Virus record (IMG/VR): IMGVR_UViG_3300044974_000943
Direction: 5' to 3' (one strand)
From: a virus
DNA length: 64,000 bases
This document shows positions 9,559-20,674 of the stretch, one piece after another. The position numbers were made by a program, and so were the translations under genes. The stretch's first letter is position 1, and each line of letters opens with the position of its first letter. The notes under the pieces are model-generated. The model did not search any database, was not told the origin of the DNA, and saw nothing but the letters and a program-made list of their open reading frames with translations.

Positions 9559-12129
9559 TTAATGGCATTTTGCCCAATTATAATTAACCATAATTTCAGT
9601 CTGCAAATGAACACTTAGCTTAAGAAGTTTTTCAGTTTTTAATATAGCATCGGATATAGCTCTAGAGATATCGTTCGGAAGGACTATATACCAATTTTTG
9701 TCGTGCATTAAAGGAGAGATTTGTTCACCTTTCCAATTTTCCACAAACTGACGACCTTCTTCTTCACTAGTAAACTTTTTGATTTGTACCATGTGTTTTT
9801 TGATGCGGAGAGCTTGTTCATCGTGCATATGAATCATCTCAGCTACATCAGGTTCAGCTACAAAACAATCAATACAATACCCTTTTTCCTCCAAAATTTG
9901 CATTGACAAAACATTAGTATATTTGGCACAAATAATGCCTGTAGACTGAAACAAAAAATTAAGTAGAGAGTGCTTAGAACGTGTATTAATTTTTCTACCG
10001 TCGATTGTTCTTATCCAAGTTTTACCATTTTTGTTCCAATGTTTTTCCAAGTTGTCGCGCAACTCTTTTAGTGCAGGAACAGCTTGCCAATACTCATCGT
10101 AAATTCTTTGTCCCTCTTTTAAAGAGACAGACAACATTTTTGCAACTTTGGCAGGTTGACAACCATAAATTAAGGCATACTGAAGAGATTTTGCATCGCT
10201 TCTGGGTATTCCTAATTTAATGCTGTTTTTGGTGTGAATGTCATTGGGTTTGACAGCAACCAAATCTTTTGCCAACTCTTCCCCATTCGTGTATTTTAAA
10301 CACCACAAAGCCATCACCATCGCTTCTAAAGATGAAAAGTCATAGGAGAATTGAAAAGCCCCAGAGCCACACCCAAAAAGCTCTCGCATTTGAAAACCGT
10401 AAGTGCTGGTAACTCTGGGTATGTTAGTGATGCCGATATGTCGATAACGATGACTTGCGGCTCCAATTTCGATGGCTGGTGCAGGTATTCTTCCATCAAC
10501 CTGACGATATTGGTTTAAATATCCTGAGTTTGGCGGATTATCCTCGTTAAACTCCCACTCTTCATCGTCAACACCACCTGCAATCGAATTTTTGCGGTGT
10601 TTATAGGTAAGATACAGAGCGAAATCTTTGGCAAACGCAACTTTTTCTCCAATTTTAATAAGAGACGGGCAAAGCTCTTTCTCAACCCCGACCCGTATAC
10701 AAGGAGAAGTGGGGACTACCACTGGTCGATTCCCTTTAATTTTCTCTGCTAGAGTAGGAAACAGATTTTCTTCGTTCAGTTCAAGAATCTCTAATCTTTG
10801 CTCTTTATACTTACCATCTTCGATAGTTTCTTTTACATAGCGTCGCAAAGCTGCCAAACGTTTTTCGTAAGGTATCGATTGTTTTTTAGAGTCGCAGATG
10901 AGGTTCCTAACCCGAAATTCGGTGGGTTGCCAATTTTTTGAAATAAGGACAGACTTCACCCAGTCGATATCGTCAATATCTGCTTTAATATGGCTCTCTA
11001 GCGGTTCATTATAAGGCAAGAGATACATTTGCCCCTTATAAAATAGAAGCCACTCCTCGTCGATTTTTTCGATAGTAGCACCAACTCTTTCAGTAAAACG
11101 TAGCATCACATCGCTAGGTTCAGTAAACTCAGGAACTAGAGCTTCGTAGTAAGGCAATTGAAAAGTCTGACCACCAAAAATGAAACTAAAATCTCCTTCG
11201 GTATACTCAATTTCTTCTTGGTTGGTTAAGAACTTAACAACCGCAGACGAAAGTTTACCGTCTTTCTTGATTTGTACTTTAGGAAGATAGACAGCTTTAT
11301 GAATTTTTAATTGATTAACGGGAGGAGTGACTTCTGCAAGTTCCCCTTTATTACGAGGTTTTGGAGGAAGAATTGGATTAATGGCATCCGCAATCGCTTT
11401 CATTTTCTCTTGGAGGTCAGCAACCGCAATTTTCGCTTTTTCAACGTCAAATGCGAAACCAAGGTGTTCTCGTCTTACTCCAAGGTCACACAACTTCGCC
11501 TCCATCTTAAAAGCTTGATGCCAGCCCGAATATTCCAAGTACTCAGCCCACAAGCGCTGAAACAGTTTGCAAGTAACTACTGTATCTTGCTGACAATAAT
11601 CAAGCAAAAGGGGTGTCCAATTTAGGAACTGTTCGCCTTTGGGGGAATTTTTTTCAATATAACCCGCAGCAATACAAGCAGCACGATAATCTGACTTCTC
11701 TGTTCCCAACCGTTGACCCCAAACTTCGAGCGAATGTCCCATGCCTTCAGGGGTATAGCGGTCAGGACTTAGCAAGCGAGATAAGAGCAACGTATCAACA
11801 ATTTGGCAAGATTGCCCAAACACTATATCGGGCTGGTCAAGATATCCAATTCTGTAATCAAGAATACCAAATAGCTTCAACGCTGGAAAGTCGAACGAGA
11901 TGCCATTATGAGCTACCAAGTGTGTGCAACCATGCAAAACAGTTCTGAGCCAGTGCTTAGTAATTTCCTCCTTCTCGGCTGAGTGCGTCTCTCCTGTTTC
12001 CACGTTTCTTACAACAACACAGTGCAACTTCGCGCTAGGAAGTAACTTGTAGGGAAAACCAGAATAGTCCAACATACCTGAAAGGAGGTTATTAGTTTCA
12101 ATGTCAATCGCCAAAATTCTATCTAACAC
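9559..12129 (-). CDS. polA: Family A (T7-like) DNA polymerase with 3'-5' exonuclease
   Basis: Exo motifs DIET, HNGISFD, YCQQD; motif A DFSSLE, motif B RSDAKSLQYALIYG, motif C HDE; T7-like NWAKCH end. Confidence 0.95.
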   Translation of the reverse strand: MLDRILAIDIETNNLLSGMLDYSGFPYKLLPSAKLHCVVVRNVETGETHSAEKEEITKHWLRTVLHGCTHLVAHNGISFDFPALKLFGILDYRIGYLDQPDIVFGQSCQIVDTLLLSRLLSPDRYTPEGMGHSLEVWGQRLGTEKSDYRAACIAAGYIEKNSPKGEQFLNWTPLLLDYCQQDTVVTCKLFQRLWAEYLEYSGWHQAFKMEAKLCDLGVRREHLGFAFDVEKAKIAVADLQEKMKAIADAINPILPPKPRNKGELAEVTPPVNQLKIHKAVYLPKVQIKKDGKLSSAVVKFLTNQEEIEYTEGDFSFIFGGQTFQLPYYEALVPEFTEPSDVMLRFTERVGATIEKIDEEWLLFYKGQMYLLPYNEPLESHIKADIDDIDWVKSVLISKNWQPTEFRVRNLICDSKKQSIPYEKRLAALRRYVKETIEDGKYKEQRLEILELNEENLFPTLAEKIKGNRPVVVPTSPCIRVGVEKELCPSLIKIGEKVAFAKDFALYLTYKHRKNSIAGGVDDEEWEFNEDNPPNSGYLNQYRQVDGRIPAPAIEIGAASHRYRHIGITNIPRVTSTYGFQMRELFGCGSGAFQFSYDFSSLEAMVMALWCLKYTNGEELAKDLVAVKPNDIHTKNSIKLGIPRSDAKSLQYALIYGCQPAKVAKMLSVSLKEGQRIYDEYWQAVPALKELRDNLEKHWNKNGKTWIRTIDGRKINTRSKHSLLNFLFQSTGIICAKYTNVLSMQILEEKGYCIDCFVAEPDVAEMIHMHDEQALRIKKHMVQIKKFTSEEEGRQFVENWKGEQISPLMHDKNWYIVLPNDISRAISDAILKTEKLLKLSVHLQTEIMVNYNWAKCH

Positions 12130-12253
12130 TCAATTTCTCCTTTAACTCGTTTATCTCTTTCTGCTGTTTGCATACTATCTCTTTCAATTTGGCTACTTCA
12201 AGCACAGTAACTCGTAAATATTCTGCTATAGTCTGAATTTGTTTTTCCATTCT

Positions 12254-12904
12254 TTAACTCTCCAAATAATTGACTACAAACTTCACAAAATCATCAAAAT
12301 GAGAATGATTATCAAAATCATTATTATCGAGCCAGTAGTCAGGTATCTCTACCTTGTTGTAAAAATCCCACTGCAACAACTCACTCTCTGGCGGGTGATG
12401 CTCATAATTTTCTCCAAATTGTGCAGACTCACGATGACACTGTAAAACAGCAGCTTTTTCATTGTGAATATACACAACTTTTCCACCCTGAGAACGTACC
12501 CAATCTAGCTCATTTTGATAACGTAAATCTGAAATGAGTAAAATACTTTCAGAAGAATTGTATCTTCTGTCAAGAGCATTAATAAAAACATCTTCGCCAA
12601 GTTCTTCGCGGAGCAATTGCCCTACTCTTTTCTGCACATCTCTCGAAGACCACTTAGACTCGATGCCAGAGCGATTATAGCCAAATACAAAACGCTTCTC
12701 TTCTTTCAAACTGCGGTCTTGCAGTTCCTTGCCACTGATGCCAAGAATAGGTGTTACAGCTTCATTTAACGAGTCTGCGAAGCGGCAACGCACCGTAGAC
12801 ATAGTGTAGCGGTGCTGATATATCAATCGAGACTGCAAGCGATTCATTATGAAGTCTTTACCAGAGTTTATTGAACCGCAGCAACAGATAATTTTCCTAG
12901 ACAT
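12254..12904 (-). CDS. Deoxynucleoside monophosphate kinase
   Basis: P-loop GSINSGKD, FADSL, RDVQKRVG, ISDLRYQNE, HPPESE. Confidence 0.85.
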   Translation of the reverse strand: MSRKIICCCGSINSGKDFIMNRLQSRLIYQHRYTMSTVRCRFADSLNEAVTPILGISGKELQDRSLKEEKRFVFGYNRSGIESKWSSRDVQKRVGQLLREELGEDVFINALDRRYNSSESILLISDLRYQNELDWVRSQGGKVVYIHNEKAAVLQCHRESAQFGENYEHHPPESELLQWDFYNKVEIPDYWLDNNDFDNHSHFDDFVKFVVNYLES

Positions 12905-13097
12905 TTTTCCTTACCTTCTCACCGATAACAACGATACCTATACTAGAACCAAAAAACACAGCAAACTGAGTCAAGTAACCTTTTGCATCTTTAGGGTAGA
13001 TGGCAGTAAGTATTAGTGCAGATAGACTTGCACCAAATAAGACTGCTGTAGTTTGCAAATAGTACCGCAGAAATAGCCTATTAAAACTCATCCTCAA
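12897..13097 (-). CDS. Small two-TM membrane protein
   Basis: Two hydrophobic stretches in 66 aa. Confidence 0.5.
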   Translation of the reverse strand: MRMSFNRLFLRYYLQTTAVLFGASLSALILTAIYPKDAKGYLTQFAVFFGSSIGIVVIGEKVRKNV

Positions 13098-14733
13098 TAA
13101 TCTCCTCAGTTACAACTGAACTCACATTACCAGCAATACCATCAATTAGCATCTCCTCTAGGACATACCCTGTGCCAGCTTCATCTACTACTGTGTAGGT
13201 AACGTCACGCAAACTTGCCTTTTCGCTTCTTGCGGTAACAGTGAAATCTTCGCCATTATGTGAAACTACATCACCAACTTGATACAAGAATGAGGTCGTC
13301 AATTGCTTCAGTCGCTCACGCTCCTCGTCAGAAAAGAGAAGTTTGAGGGCAGCTTTGCGGCGGTCAGCAGTCCAATCGTGTGTCAAGTCATACAGAGCGC
13401 GTTTGTCGCGTAGTTGCATCATGTTATGGGCATCTAGGACGGCAGGGCTATATTCTTTAGCAGCTTTCTCTGGCTCAATCATCCAAAGTGACTCAGACGG
13501 CATCGCATAGACGTTAGTAGTACCGTTGTGCTTCTGAATAATACTCTGATTATCGACAAGGCATAGCAGACTTTGTTTCAACTCAAAACTAGAGCCTAGA
13601 TTACTGAGGTCTTTCAACGTAAACTCTTTATCAGGATTAGTCGAGAAAAATCGAAGTAGCTTACCAGTTAAGTTGTCGTCAAGGGTTTGAGACTCGGATA
13701 GCACCTCAAGACCCCACAGACCATCTTCTTGCGTAATTTGGCGATACTCGATAGTGATTGGCTTGCCTTGGCGCGGAAGTGTCGTTAAAGTGATTGGTAA
13801 GTTGTTATCAGAGCTATACTCGTCCTCTTTTTTCTTAAAGATTCCGATGATACCCGATGAGTTCGAGGCGATACTAGTCGAACCAGACAAAGCAGCTACC
13901 AGATTGCCCTTTTTACCATCCTTAGCACCTTGTTTGCTGAAGTGGTGAATGAGAATACCGCAAGTATCGGTCTGAACGAATACTGCCTGAATTTTAGCGA
14001 TGATTTTACCAAATTCCGACGTATTTTCTGAGTGTTCGCTGTTACTTGTGGAGGCGCGAAGCGAGTCGATGATAACTAATGTAGGTTGATGCTTGATAAT
14101 CTGCTGCTGAAGGTATGGGATATCGATAGTAGCGTCGAATAAGCGCTCGAATACCAAACAGTCGGGGTCAAAGTTGACTTGCAAACTGACTTCGTTGTTG
14201 TTTTTAGCGCCAAAACCAGTCATATGCGCCCTTTCAGCGATAGTTCTGCGGTCTTCTTCCAACTGAAAGTAGAGAACCTTACCTTTGCGAACGGGCATAC
14301 CCAAAAATCTTCCTGAGATGATAAAAGAATAGGCGAGATGATAGCCCATCAAACTTTTACCAGTCTTAGGGGCAGCACCGAAAATGTAAAGCCCTGAAGT
14401 GCGGAGAAAATTAGGAATAAGCCAGTTGTCAGTCGGGTCATAGCTTGCGAGAACGTCACGAATATTAACACTGCGCTCGAATGTTGGTTTAGGTGCAACA
14501 ATATCTTCGATGTCGTGATTGATTACTTTGGAATCGAAGCCCAAAATTGGATACCACTTCTTTTCAAGGCAAGACATAAGGTAGCGCTTGACCAGCTTTT
14601 TGTTCTGCAAATCTTTGTCGCTCAGTGTATCGATATAGTTTCGCAAATCTTGTTGGTACTCTGCGAAAATTTGTACTTTATTTTCAAGTGTGAAGTCAAT
14701 TTTCTCTAAACCGAGGCTTTCTGTGTATTGCAT
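13081..14733 (-). CDS. RepA/AAA_25-type (SF4-like) replicative helicase
   Basis: Walker A GAAPKTGKS, LEE, Walker B IIDSL, ILIHH, SGS; adjacent to primase. Confidence 0.85.
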   Translation of the reverse strand: MQYTESLGLEKIDFTLENKVQIFAEYQQDLRNYIDTLSDKDLQNKKLVKRYLMSCLEKKWYPILGFDSKVINHDIEDIVAPKPTFERSVNIRDVLASYDPTDNWLIPNFLRTSGLYIFGAAPKTGKSLMGYHLAYSFIISGRFLGMPVRKGKVLYFQLEEDRRTIAERAHMTGFGAKNNNEVSLQVNFDPDCLVFERLFDATIDIPYLQQQIIKHQPTLVIIDSLRASTSNSEHSENTSEFGKIIAKIQAVFVQTDTCGILIHHFSKQGAKDGKKGNLVAALSGSTSIASNSSGIIGIFKKKEDEYSSDNNLPITLTTLPRQGKPITIEYRQITQEDGLWGLEVLSESQTLDDNLTGKLLRFFSTNPDKEFTLKDLSNLGSSFELKQSLLCLVDNQSIIQKHNGTTNVYAMPSESLWMIEPEKAAKEYSPAVLDAHNMMQLRDKRALYDLTHDWTADRRKAALKLLFSDEERERLKQLTTSFLYQVGDVVSHNGEDFTVTARSEKASLRDVTYTVVDEAGTGYVLEEMLIDGIAGNVSSVVTEEIIEDEF

Positions 14734-15668
14734 CCTTTTAATAATCCTAATAATTCTTCTCTAGTACAAATTTCCCACGAATCGATTGCGTCAGCCGCAT
14801 CATAATTTTTTTCTGACTCTTTGCCGAGCAGTTCAGCAATATTGTAGCTCGATGCGTTTATGCCAGACTTCCATGCTTCATGTAAGAACTTTTGTGCTTT
14901 AGCTTCGCCTACTTCGTCATTATCGGTTAAATAGACGATATTACGCACCTTGTAACTCAAGCACCTCATGAACTTGGCTAGATAGCTTTGTTGATATACG
15001 AAACTTGGAAAGCTCAGTGCTGCGATTCCTATTTGCTGAAGCGCCGCCGCGCATTTTTCTCCTTCAACGAAAATAACAGATGATTGAGCATACTTTGATA
15101 AGTAGATTGGGACGTTTCGGAAGGTTGTAGGAACTTCATTTACCCATTCTCCATTGTCTTTTTTAATACGAAAGTAGAAGAACTTTTTCTCGCCGCTATT
15201 GGGTGCGGGGTCGATGCGATTAACGGTGAAATCGTCATATTTGTAGATTGTTAATTTTTTACCGTCCTCAAAGAAGGTGTGCCAAGGTTTTTCATAGGGC
15301 AAAGAGGAATAGAATTGAGTGACATCGATTTTAGTGAGGTTTAGTGGTAGCGGTTTTATGATATCAAATGTCAAAGGTAGACGCATCTTCCTTGAGTTGT
15401 ATTTACTTCGAGGAGGTTTAAATTCTCCTTTAGTTAAGTATTCTCTAATTGGGTTTGGATTAATACGTTGACAATCATTTGTATAGCAAGAATAAGCACC
15501 ACTTTTAGTTCCTGAACTAACAATTTTAAGGATTCCACCGCAAGCTGGACATTTTGCTTTAATCCAACTGGAGTGATGCTCAAGTTTTTCTAAATCATCC
15601 AATTTTTGCAGGTAATTCAATATTAGAAACACTATTCTCCGACTCCGTTTGTGCTGAGTACTGTTCAA
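14706..15668 (-). CDS. DNA primase (Zn finger + TOPRIM)
   Basis: CPAC...C...C zinc finger, FVEGEKCA, DND; true start probably near 15600. Confidence 0.82.
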   Translation of the reverse strand: MNSTQHKRSRRIVFLILNYLQKLDDLEKLEHHSSWIKAKCPACGGILKIVSSGTKSGAYSCYTNDCQRINPNPIREYLTKGEFKPPRSKYNSRKMRLPLTFDIIKPLPLNLTKIDVTQFYSSLPYEKPWHTFFEDGKKLTIYKYDDFTVNRIDPAPNSGEKKFFYFRIKKDNGEWVNEVPTTFRNVPIYLSKYAQSSVIFVEGEKCAAALQQIGIAALSFPSFVYQQSYLAKFMRCLSYKVRNIVYLTDNDEVGEAKAQKFLHEAWKSGINASSYNIAELLGKESEKNYDAADAIDSWEICTREELLGLLKGCNTQKASV

Positions 15669-16632
15669 TTATCTGTTGTAAAGGCAAGTCTATACTAAAG
15701 CATTCTTGCATACCATTAAACTTTATTTCAGGTAAGTATTTATAAAACTTGTATTTCCTTTTTAATTCGACTTCTAAATCAAATATAATTTTAGGATTCG
15801 TATCTATAACCTCATGTATCACAGTAGTACTATAAGGTATATGGCTGGCTCGGTATGAGGTTTTTAAATATGTCCTACCTATTTTGTAAAAATGTTCGCT
15901 GCCATTGGTTAGAGAGAGTATATATAGTTTAAAACTATCGAAATACTTAGATATTTCCGCACTTTTAACCCAATTACTTAACCCCCAACCAGTAGGATTT
16001 TCAGCATGATATTTTAAATTAGTTTCGTACCCACACTTATAACATCCATGACCAGTTAAATGACCAGCAGGACTTTGTAAGTAACTCCCATGTTCTCTAC
16101 AAACTATCTCGACAGGAATTTTAGCTGTTTCATAAATAGTTTTTGAGTAATCATATTTACTTCCGTGTATTTTTCTTGCTTTTTCTTCAAAAGTTTGTCT
16201 TGCAAGTTCCTTTACTGGCTCCAATCGATTGAGTGTACCACATTTTCTACAACCTGCACCAAATAAATGTGCATTTGCGGATTGCAGGTAATCCCCATGA
16301 ATACTGCAAATTATAATGCTTTTTGTTCTAGATGTTTTATAGATAAATTTTTCATAACTATAAACATTATTGTGAACTTCTTTTGCCTTTTCAACAAACA
16401 TCTGTCTTGCATTTTCGGTTCTAGCTTTACCTTTCATAACTATTGCACATTGCCTACAACCTACGCCTTGTAAATGACTTTGGGCGGTCTGTTGAAAGTC
16501 TCCGTGAGAAGCGCAAGTGACAGTTATTTTATTGTCTCCCCCTATATAAATACTATTTGTATAATCGTATTTATCTCCATGAACTTGTTTAGCTCTAGTT
16601 ATAAACTCTTGAGTTGTTAATCTTCTAGACAT
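15595..16632 (-). CDS. Putative homing endonuclease with three CxxHG...CxxC repeats and a C-terminal GIY-YIG-like domain
   Basis: Three repeats of F..KA..VH...YDY...CxxHG..Q....HL.G.GCxxC; LYIL...YKIGRT; AT-rich, inserted between exonuclease and primase. Confidence 0.75.
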   Translation of the reverse strand: MSRRLTTQEFITRAKQVHGDKYDYTNSIYIGGDNKITVTCASHGDFQQTAQSHLQGVGCRQCAIVMKGKARTENARQMFVEKAKEVHNNVYSYEKFIYKTSRTKSIIICSIHGDYLQSANAHLFGAGCRKCGTLNRLEPVKELARQTFEEKARKIHGSKYDYSKTIYETAKIPVEIVCREHGSYLQSPAGHLTGHGCYKCGYETNLKYHAENPTGWGLSNWVKSAEISKYFDSFKLYILSLTNGSEHFYKIGRTYLKTSYRASHIPYSTTVIHEVIDTNPKIIFDLEVELKRKYKFYKYLPEIKFNGMQECFSIDLPLQQIIEQYSAQTESENSVSNIELPAKIG

Positions 16633-16638
16633 AATAAG

Positions 16639-17583
16639 TTAGCGTATTAATGTAATTTCTTTAGGGATATTGTTTTCCCATTCACAAGTATCGTAATTGT
16701 ACCTACCATTTGCATGAGACACCATTTGCCGCCAAGATTTTTCTAGTTTTTTTACACCATAAAAGTCTCGAAGGATTTCTTTAAAAACCTTAAAATAATA
16801 GTTCAAATCTTTACGATTTAAGTAGCAAATTTTGCAGTCCTCTTCATTGACGTATACCAATGTTGCACCGACAATTCCTGCACCATAAATATCTTTGAAA
16901 TTTGTCTGTTTGGTCAACGCAGCCGCATAGAACGACAATTGGAGACAGTTCTTAAACATCATATCTACTACGTCTGTGCGTGGCAAGCTTTTTTTCTTGA
17001 TTTTTCCAGTCTTAGGGTTTTTTTGGTACGAGCGTTTTGTCTTGAGGTCGGCAATAATAAATTGAGGCTCATCTAAAATTTCTCCGTTTTTGAATTGAAA
17101 TACGTTTGCTGGAAGACAAAGGAGTTGGTCGTACCTGCCAGCTAACATTAGTGGTTCAGGATTTTTCGTCTCTAGCAAAGCGTTGTAGAAGAGGGGCATT
17201 TCGGCATTTGCAAATTCGGGTTCCACGTAACTATAAAAATTATCTATAGCAACAGCAGCTATTTTTTCTTCTACAAGATTGCCGAGACAATATACACCTT
17301 GCAATATATATTCCTCTACTAGAGAGTGGGCGGCAGTACCCACTCTTGCACTCTCAGCAGAAATCTCATCAGGGTCTTCACCCAAACTCCTCATCTTATC
17401 GCCCCACACCTCCAAAATATCTTCACCCTTATCATTCGTTAAATCTTCGTATTGACTTAACACAGTCGTTGTGCTGGCACATTTTAACCCGCACACAGAC
17501 TCATACTGACGCTTACCATTCTCTTCTGTAACTTCCCCTTTATATTTGATAAAAGGTTCGTATTCAAACAGTTTCTTAGCCAT
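16639..17583 (-). CDS. PD-(D/E)XK exonuclease (lambda-exo/Cas4-like)
   Basis: GTAAH, E, GRYD, DLKT, LQLSFYA motifs; close to ERF and SSB. Confidence 0.78.
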   Translation of the reverse strand: MAKKLFEYEPFIKYKGEVTEENGKRQYESVCGLKCASTTTVLSQYEDLTNDKGEDILEVWGDKMRSLGEDPDEISAESARVGTAAHSLVEEYILQGVYCLGNLVEEKIAAVAIDNFYSYVEPEFANAEMPLFYNALLETKNPEPLMLAGRYDQLLCLPANVFQFKNGEILDEPQFIIADLKTKRSYQKNPKTGKIKKKSLPRTDVVDMMFKNCLQLSFYAAALTKQTNFKDIYGAGIVGATLVYVNEEDCKICYLNRKDLNYYFKVFKEILRDFYGVKKLEKSWRQMVSHANGRYNYDTCEWENNIPKEITLIR

Positions 17584-17799
17584 CAACCACTCACAAACAT
17601 AACAGTACCAAATAATGTAACGGGACACTTAATATTAATTTGTTCGCACTGAACTTCAGGATTGTAATGCAAGAGCAAATCTATATCGTTAGGAGATTTT
17701 TGAGCTTCTATAAATTTAGAAGCGTGTTCAAGTGGTATTTTATACAGGGTAATCGCGCCTACACAATTCACCCAAACCAGATGAAAATGAGTAAATGTA

Positions 17800-18468
17800 T
17801 TAGGTTCCACTGCTACCAAAACCCCCTCTATTCTTATTGCCAACCACTTCAGACCAAAATATACAGTTTTCCTCTGTAAAATCTAGTCTAATGTGTAGTA
17901 TAGAATCTAAATTAGGGGCTATCACCTGAAGCAAACGGTCGCCAGCATCTATACGCGATTTACAACCCCTAATGCCGAGTTGGGGATGATAGTCAAGATA
18001 ACAACCTAAAGTGTCGCCAAACCAATGATTTCCGTCACTCCAAGTAGATTCAATCCCGCGATAAGTCTCATCGATTGTTCCCACACAATTAGCAAGACGA
18101 AAAGGTGTTTTGCCGATACTACTGCGAGGTCTAATGTCGAAATGGCAAGGAATAATTTCTTCTTTTCTTGCAAAATACTTTACAGTCTCTTTCAGTGCAT
18201 CCTTTACACACTGACCAATAGCAAAACCAGCAAACTCTACTCTGATGTCGTACATTGCGAAAACAGTCTCGAAGCTAATTAAACCGATAGTCTCGACAAC
18301 TTCAGCATCATAAGGCTTTACATCGCTGACAAATGGTAAATCAATGCCAGCATCGCCAACTTTGTTGTATATAGGAGCAGAGCTACCATAGAATCGCTGC
18401 GCTGCGTCAGAAAGAGGGAGAGATATAAGTAATTTCATGATTTTTGTGTATTTGTGAAACTTGCCCAT
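17800..18468 (-). CDS. dut: Trimeric dUTPase
   Basis: DAGIDL, PRSSIGK, GTIDETYRG, Q, RGGFGSSG. Confidence 0.92.
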   Translation of the reverse strand: MGKFHKYTKIMKLLISLPLSDAAQRFYGSSAPIYNKVGDAGIDLPFVSDVKPYDAEVVETIGLISFETVFAMYDIRVEFAGFAIGQCVKDALKETVKYFARKEEIIPCHFDIRPRSSIGKTPFRLANCVGTIDETYRGIESTWSDGNHWFGDTLGCYLDYHPQLGIRGCKSRIDAGDRLLQVIAPNLDSILHIRLDFTEENCIFWSEVVGNKNRGGFGSSGT

Positions 18469-18980
18469 TCCGATGAGCTAAAAATTACCGATTGTCCAGA
18501 AGTGAATTTGAGGATTAGCCTAGTGCCTCCGTATTGGAGGTATTTGTCGTCATTATCTAGTTCGGCATTAAGTCTTTTCAATTCTTTGCTGACCTCTTGC
18601 TCCGTACCATCACAGTCACTGACGATATAGGCTTCCGTCACTACTTTGCCAAATATTTTCCTGACTTTAGTTAGTAATTGAGAACTCTTGAGCGCCCAAG
18701 TTTTAGTTCCTTGAATATCTACTTTTACCATAGCAGTCCTGAATAAGTTGAAAGGACGGCATACTTAATGAGCCGCCCCTCGTAAAATGTCGAACCACCT
18801 CTATCTAGTATTAACTCAGTCCTTCCCTTTAGAAACAGCAGTAACTGACGAGCAGGTAGTTGGGGCTTCTTAATCGGGCTATGTGAGCAAGTTAGTAGAT
18901 TCACCTCGGATGTGCTGTATCTAGGCAATACTAGAATATTGGAAGAGATATGTTTTTAATGCCGACCGACATTGAATTAT

Positions 18981-19373
18981 CTAGAAATCGTCCGAGTCGT
19001 CTTCTTGTGCAGGAGTCGCAGACTTAGTTGTAGCCGCAGCATCCTTCGCCTTAGCCTTTTCAAGTACAACAACAGGGAACAGAGTGTATCGGTCAAGAGA
19101 GTAGTAAGTCTTCTCGCCGCTTTCATCAGTGCGACTTCTTAACAAACCCTTCACTAGAACCTTATCGCCAATTCCAATGCTTTCATCGTCACTGTGGACA
19201 GAAAGGAAAACGCTTGGGGCATACTGCTCAGCACCTTTGGCAGCAGTATTAACGGATACACCAAGGTCAGCATACCCAGCGAAGTCGTCACCTCTTGCGG
19301 GACGAGAAGTACGAACGTAACCAACAAATTCTTTAACTTCGCCAGAACCGAATGCAGAAAATAAAGGAGCCAT
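18981..19373 (-). CDS. Single-stranded DNA-binding protein
   Basis: OB-fold-like GDKVLVKGLL, acidic tail EDDSDDF, next to ERF. Confidence 0.7.
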   Translation of the reverse strand: MAPLFSAFGSGEVKEFVGYVRTSRPARGDDFAGYADLGVSVNTAAKGAEQYAPSVFLSVHSDDESIGIGDKVLVKGLLRSRTDESGEKTYYSLDRYTLFPVVVLEKAKAKDAAATTKSATPAQEDDSDDF

Positions 19374-19447
19374 GTGTTTTTGTTTCTTTGTTTGAATGTA
19401 GTTAGTTTATCGAAAAGTCGTAGCTGAAGTATCCATCTAAAGGATGA

Positions 19448-20143
19448 TTAAGCAGCCACTTCGGGAGCAGGGCTTTTATTAGGATTATAGCGTTCGCGAT
19501 TTTCCCAACATAGAATCTTCCACTTACCTGCTGTATCGTAGTGACCCTTCTTAGCAAAAGCGTCGAACTTCAGGGCGCGTTCGTCATCACTTGAGTGGCA
19601 GTAAGGAGCATGAGCCTTAGCCCATTCTAGGCACTCTTTCTTGGAGTATGCAAGAGGTTGCACTTCGGCTTGAGCAGCACTAGCAGCATTACCGTCATCA
19701 TCGGCATCAGCAGACAAATTAAGAAGCGCACAGATAGAATATCGTCGAGCGTAGGTCAGTGCAGAGCCTTTTTGTTGCTCGTTAGCTGGGAGTGTAATTG
19801 GGTAGTCAATTTGAAAGCTTTCGCCAGTTGGTGCAAACGTGATTCTTGTGACAAGATTTGTTTGCTCTTCTACTTTCTCAAAGAAGCTGAAAAGAACCAA
19901 GTTGTGTCTTAACAGAGGCTCACGAATAGACTTCATAATGGAGTCTAGGTCAGCATACTTAGACTTGAAGTGAGGGTTCAGCTTGTCCTTGATGATTGGC
20001 GTAAACTCAAGTTGTGCCTTGACAAGTGCAGAAAAGAGATTGTCGGGTTGGGGGAGGGTTTCTGGTACGTCAGGCACGTTGTCTTCAGTAACAACAATTG
20101 AGTCTTCAGTTTGGTCGATTGTCGGCAGTTTTCTAGGAGCCAT
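19448..20143 (-). CDS. erf: ERF-family ssDNA annealing recombinase
   Basis: KDKLNPHFKSKYADL, GSALTYARRY, DDDG. Confidence 0.92.
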   Translation of the reverse strand: MAPRKLPTIDQTEDSIVVTEDNVPDVPETLPQPDNLFSALVKAQLEFTPIIKDKLNPHFKSKYADLDSIMKSIREPLLRHNLVLFSFFEKVEEQTNLVTRITFAPTGESFQIDYPITLPANEQQKGSALTYARRYSICALLNLSADADDDGNAASAAQAEVQPLAYSKKECLEWAKAHAPYCHSSDDERALKFDAFAKKGHYDTAGKWKILCWENRERYNPNKSPAPEVAA

Positions 20144-20201
20144 TTTTGATTTACCTGTTAATAGTAGGGCTAGGAATTGCGCCTAGCCATTTTAGTTTTA
20201 G

Positions 20202-20513
20202 TTAGCCGCTTACTTTGGCGGTCTTTACATCGGTCAGCGAGGAGCGAAGGATTTCGAGGCGACCATTACGGACAGCGCCGTTTAGCTTCGTTCCTTTGAT
20301 TTTCTCGCCATTGTCAATCTTATTGATGAGGCTTTCAGCTTGAGAAACCCAAACTTCAGCATCATTGATAGCAAGTGCCAATAATTCGCGATAGTCTTCG
20401 TTCGAGATAAATTCAGGCTCTTCGGTAACTGGCTCAACTTCTTCGATTGCTGCCAATACTTGTTGTGCAATTTCAGGCTGGTATACGACTGTGGTTTCTT
20501 CAGGAGTAGGCAT
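20202..20513 (-). CDS. Hypothetical protein
   Basis: 103-aa ORF preceded by a TATATT -10-like box. Confidence 0.6.
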   Translation of the reverse strand: MPTPEETTVVYQPEIAQQVLAAIEEVEPVTEEPEFISNEDYRELLALAINDAEVWVSQAESLINKIDNGEKIKGTKLNGAVRNGRLEILRSSLTDVKTAKVSG

Positions 20514-20647
20514 TTGTTTGTAGTTCTTAAAAGCTCGATTGCTTAATTAATATAACGTGTTGAGCAGGGCAGGTCATCTATCGCGAGAAGGAGTTAAACG
20601 GAAACCGCAAGTTGTTCTTTTGCTCATAATTATCTCCAAATATGCAA

Positions 20648-20674
20648 AGAGCCAGCGTTTTTAGGGCTGGCTCT
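20648..20674 (-). terminator. Hairpin ending the tmRNA coding piece
   Basis: 9-bp stem AGAGCCAGC/GCTGGCTCT just after the tag stop codon. Confidence 0.6.

Noticed and set aside
9066-9614. HNH gene as part of an intron splitting the DNA polymerase
   Set aside because: The polymerase has all motifs and a normal NWAKCH end upstream of the HNH, and no intron core is visible, so the HNH is free-standing
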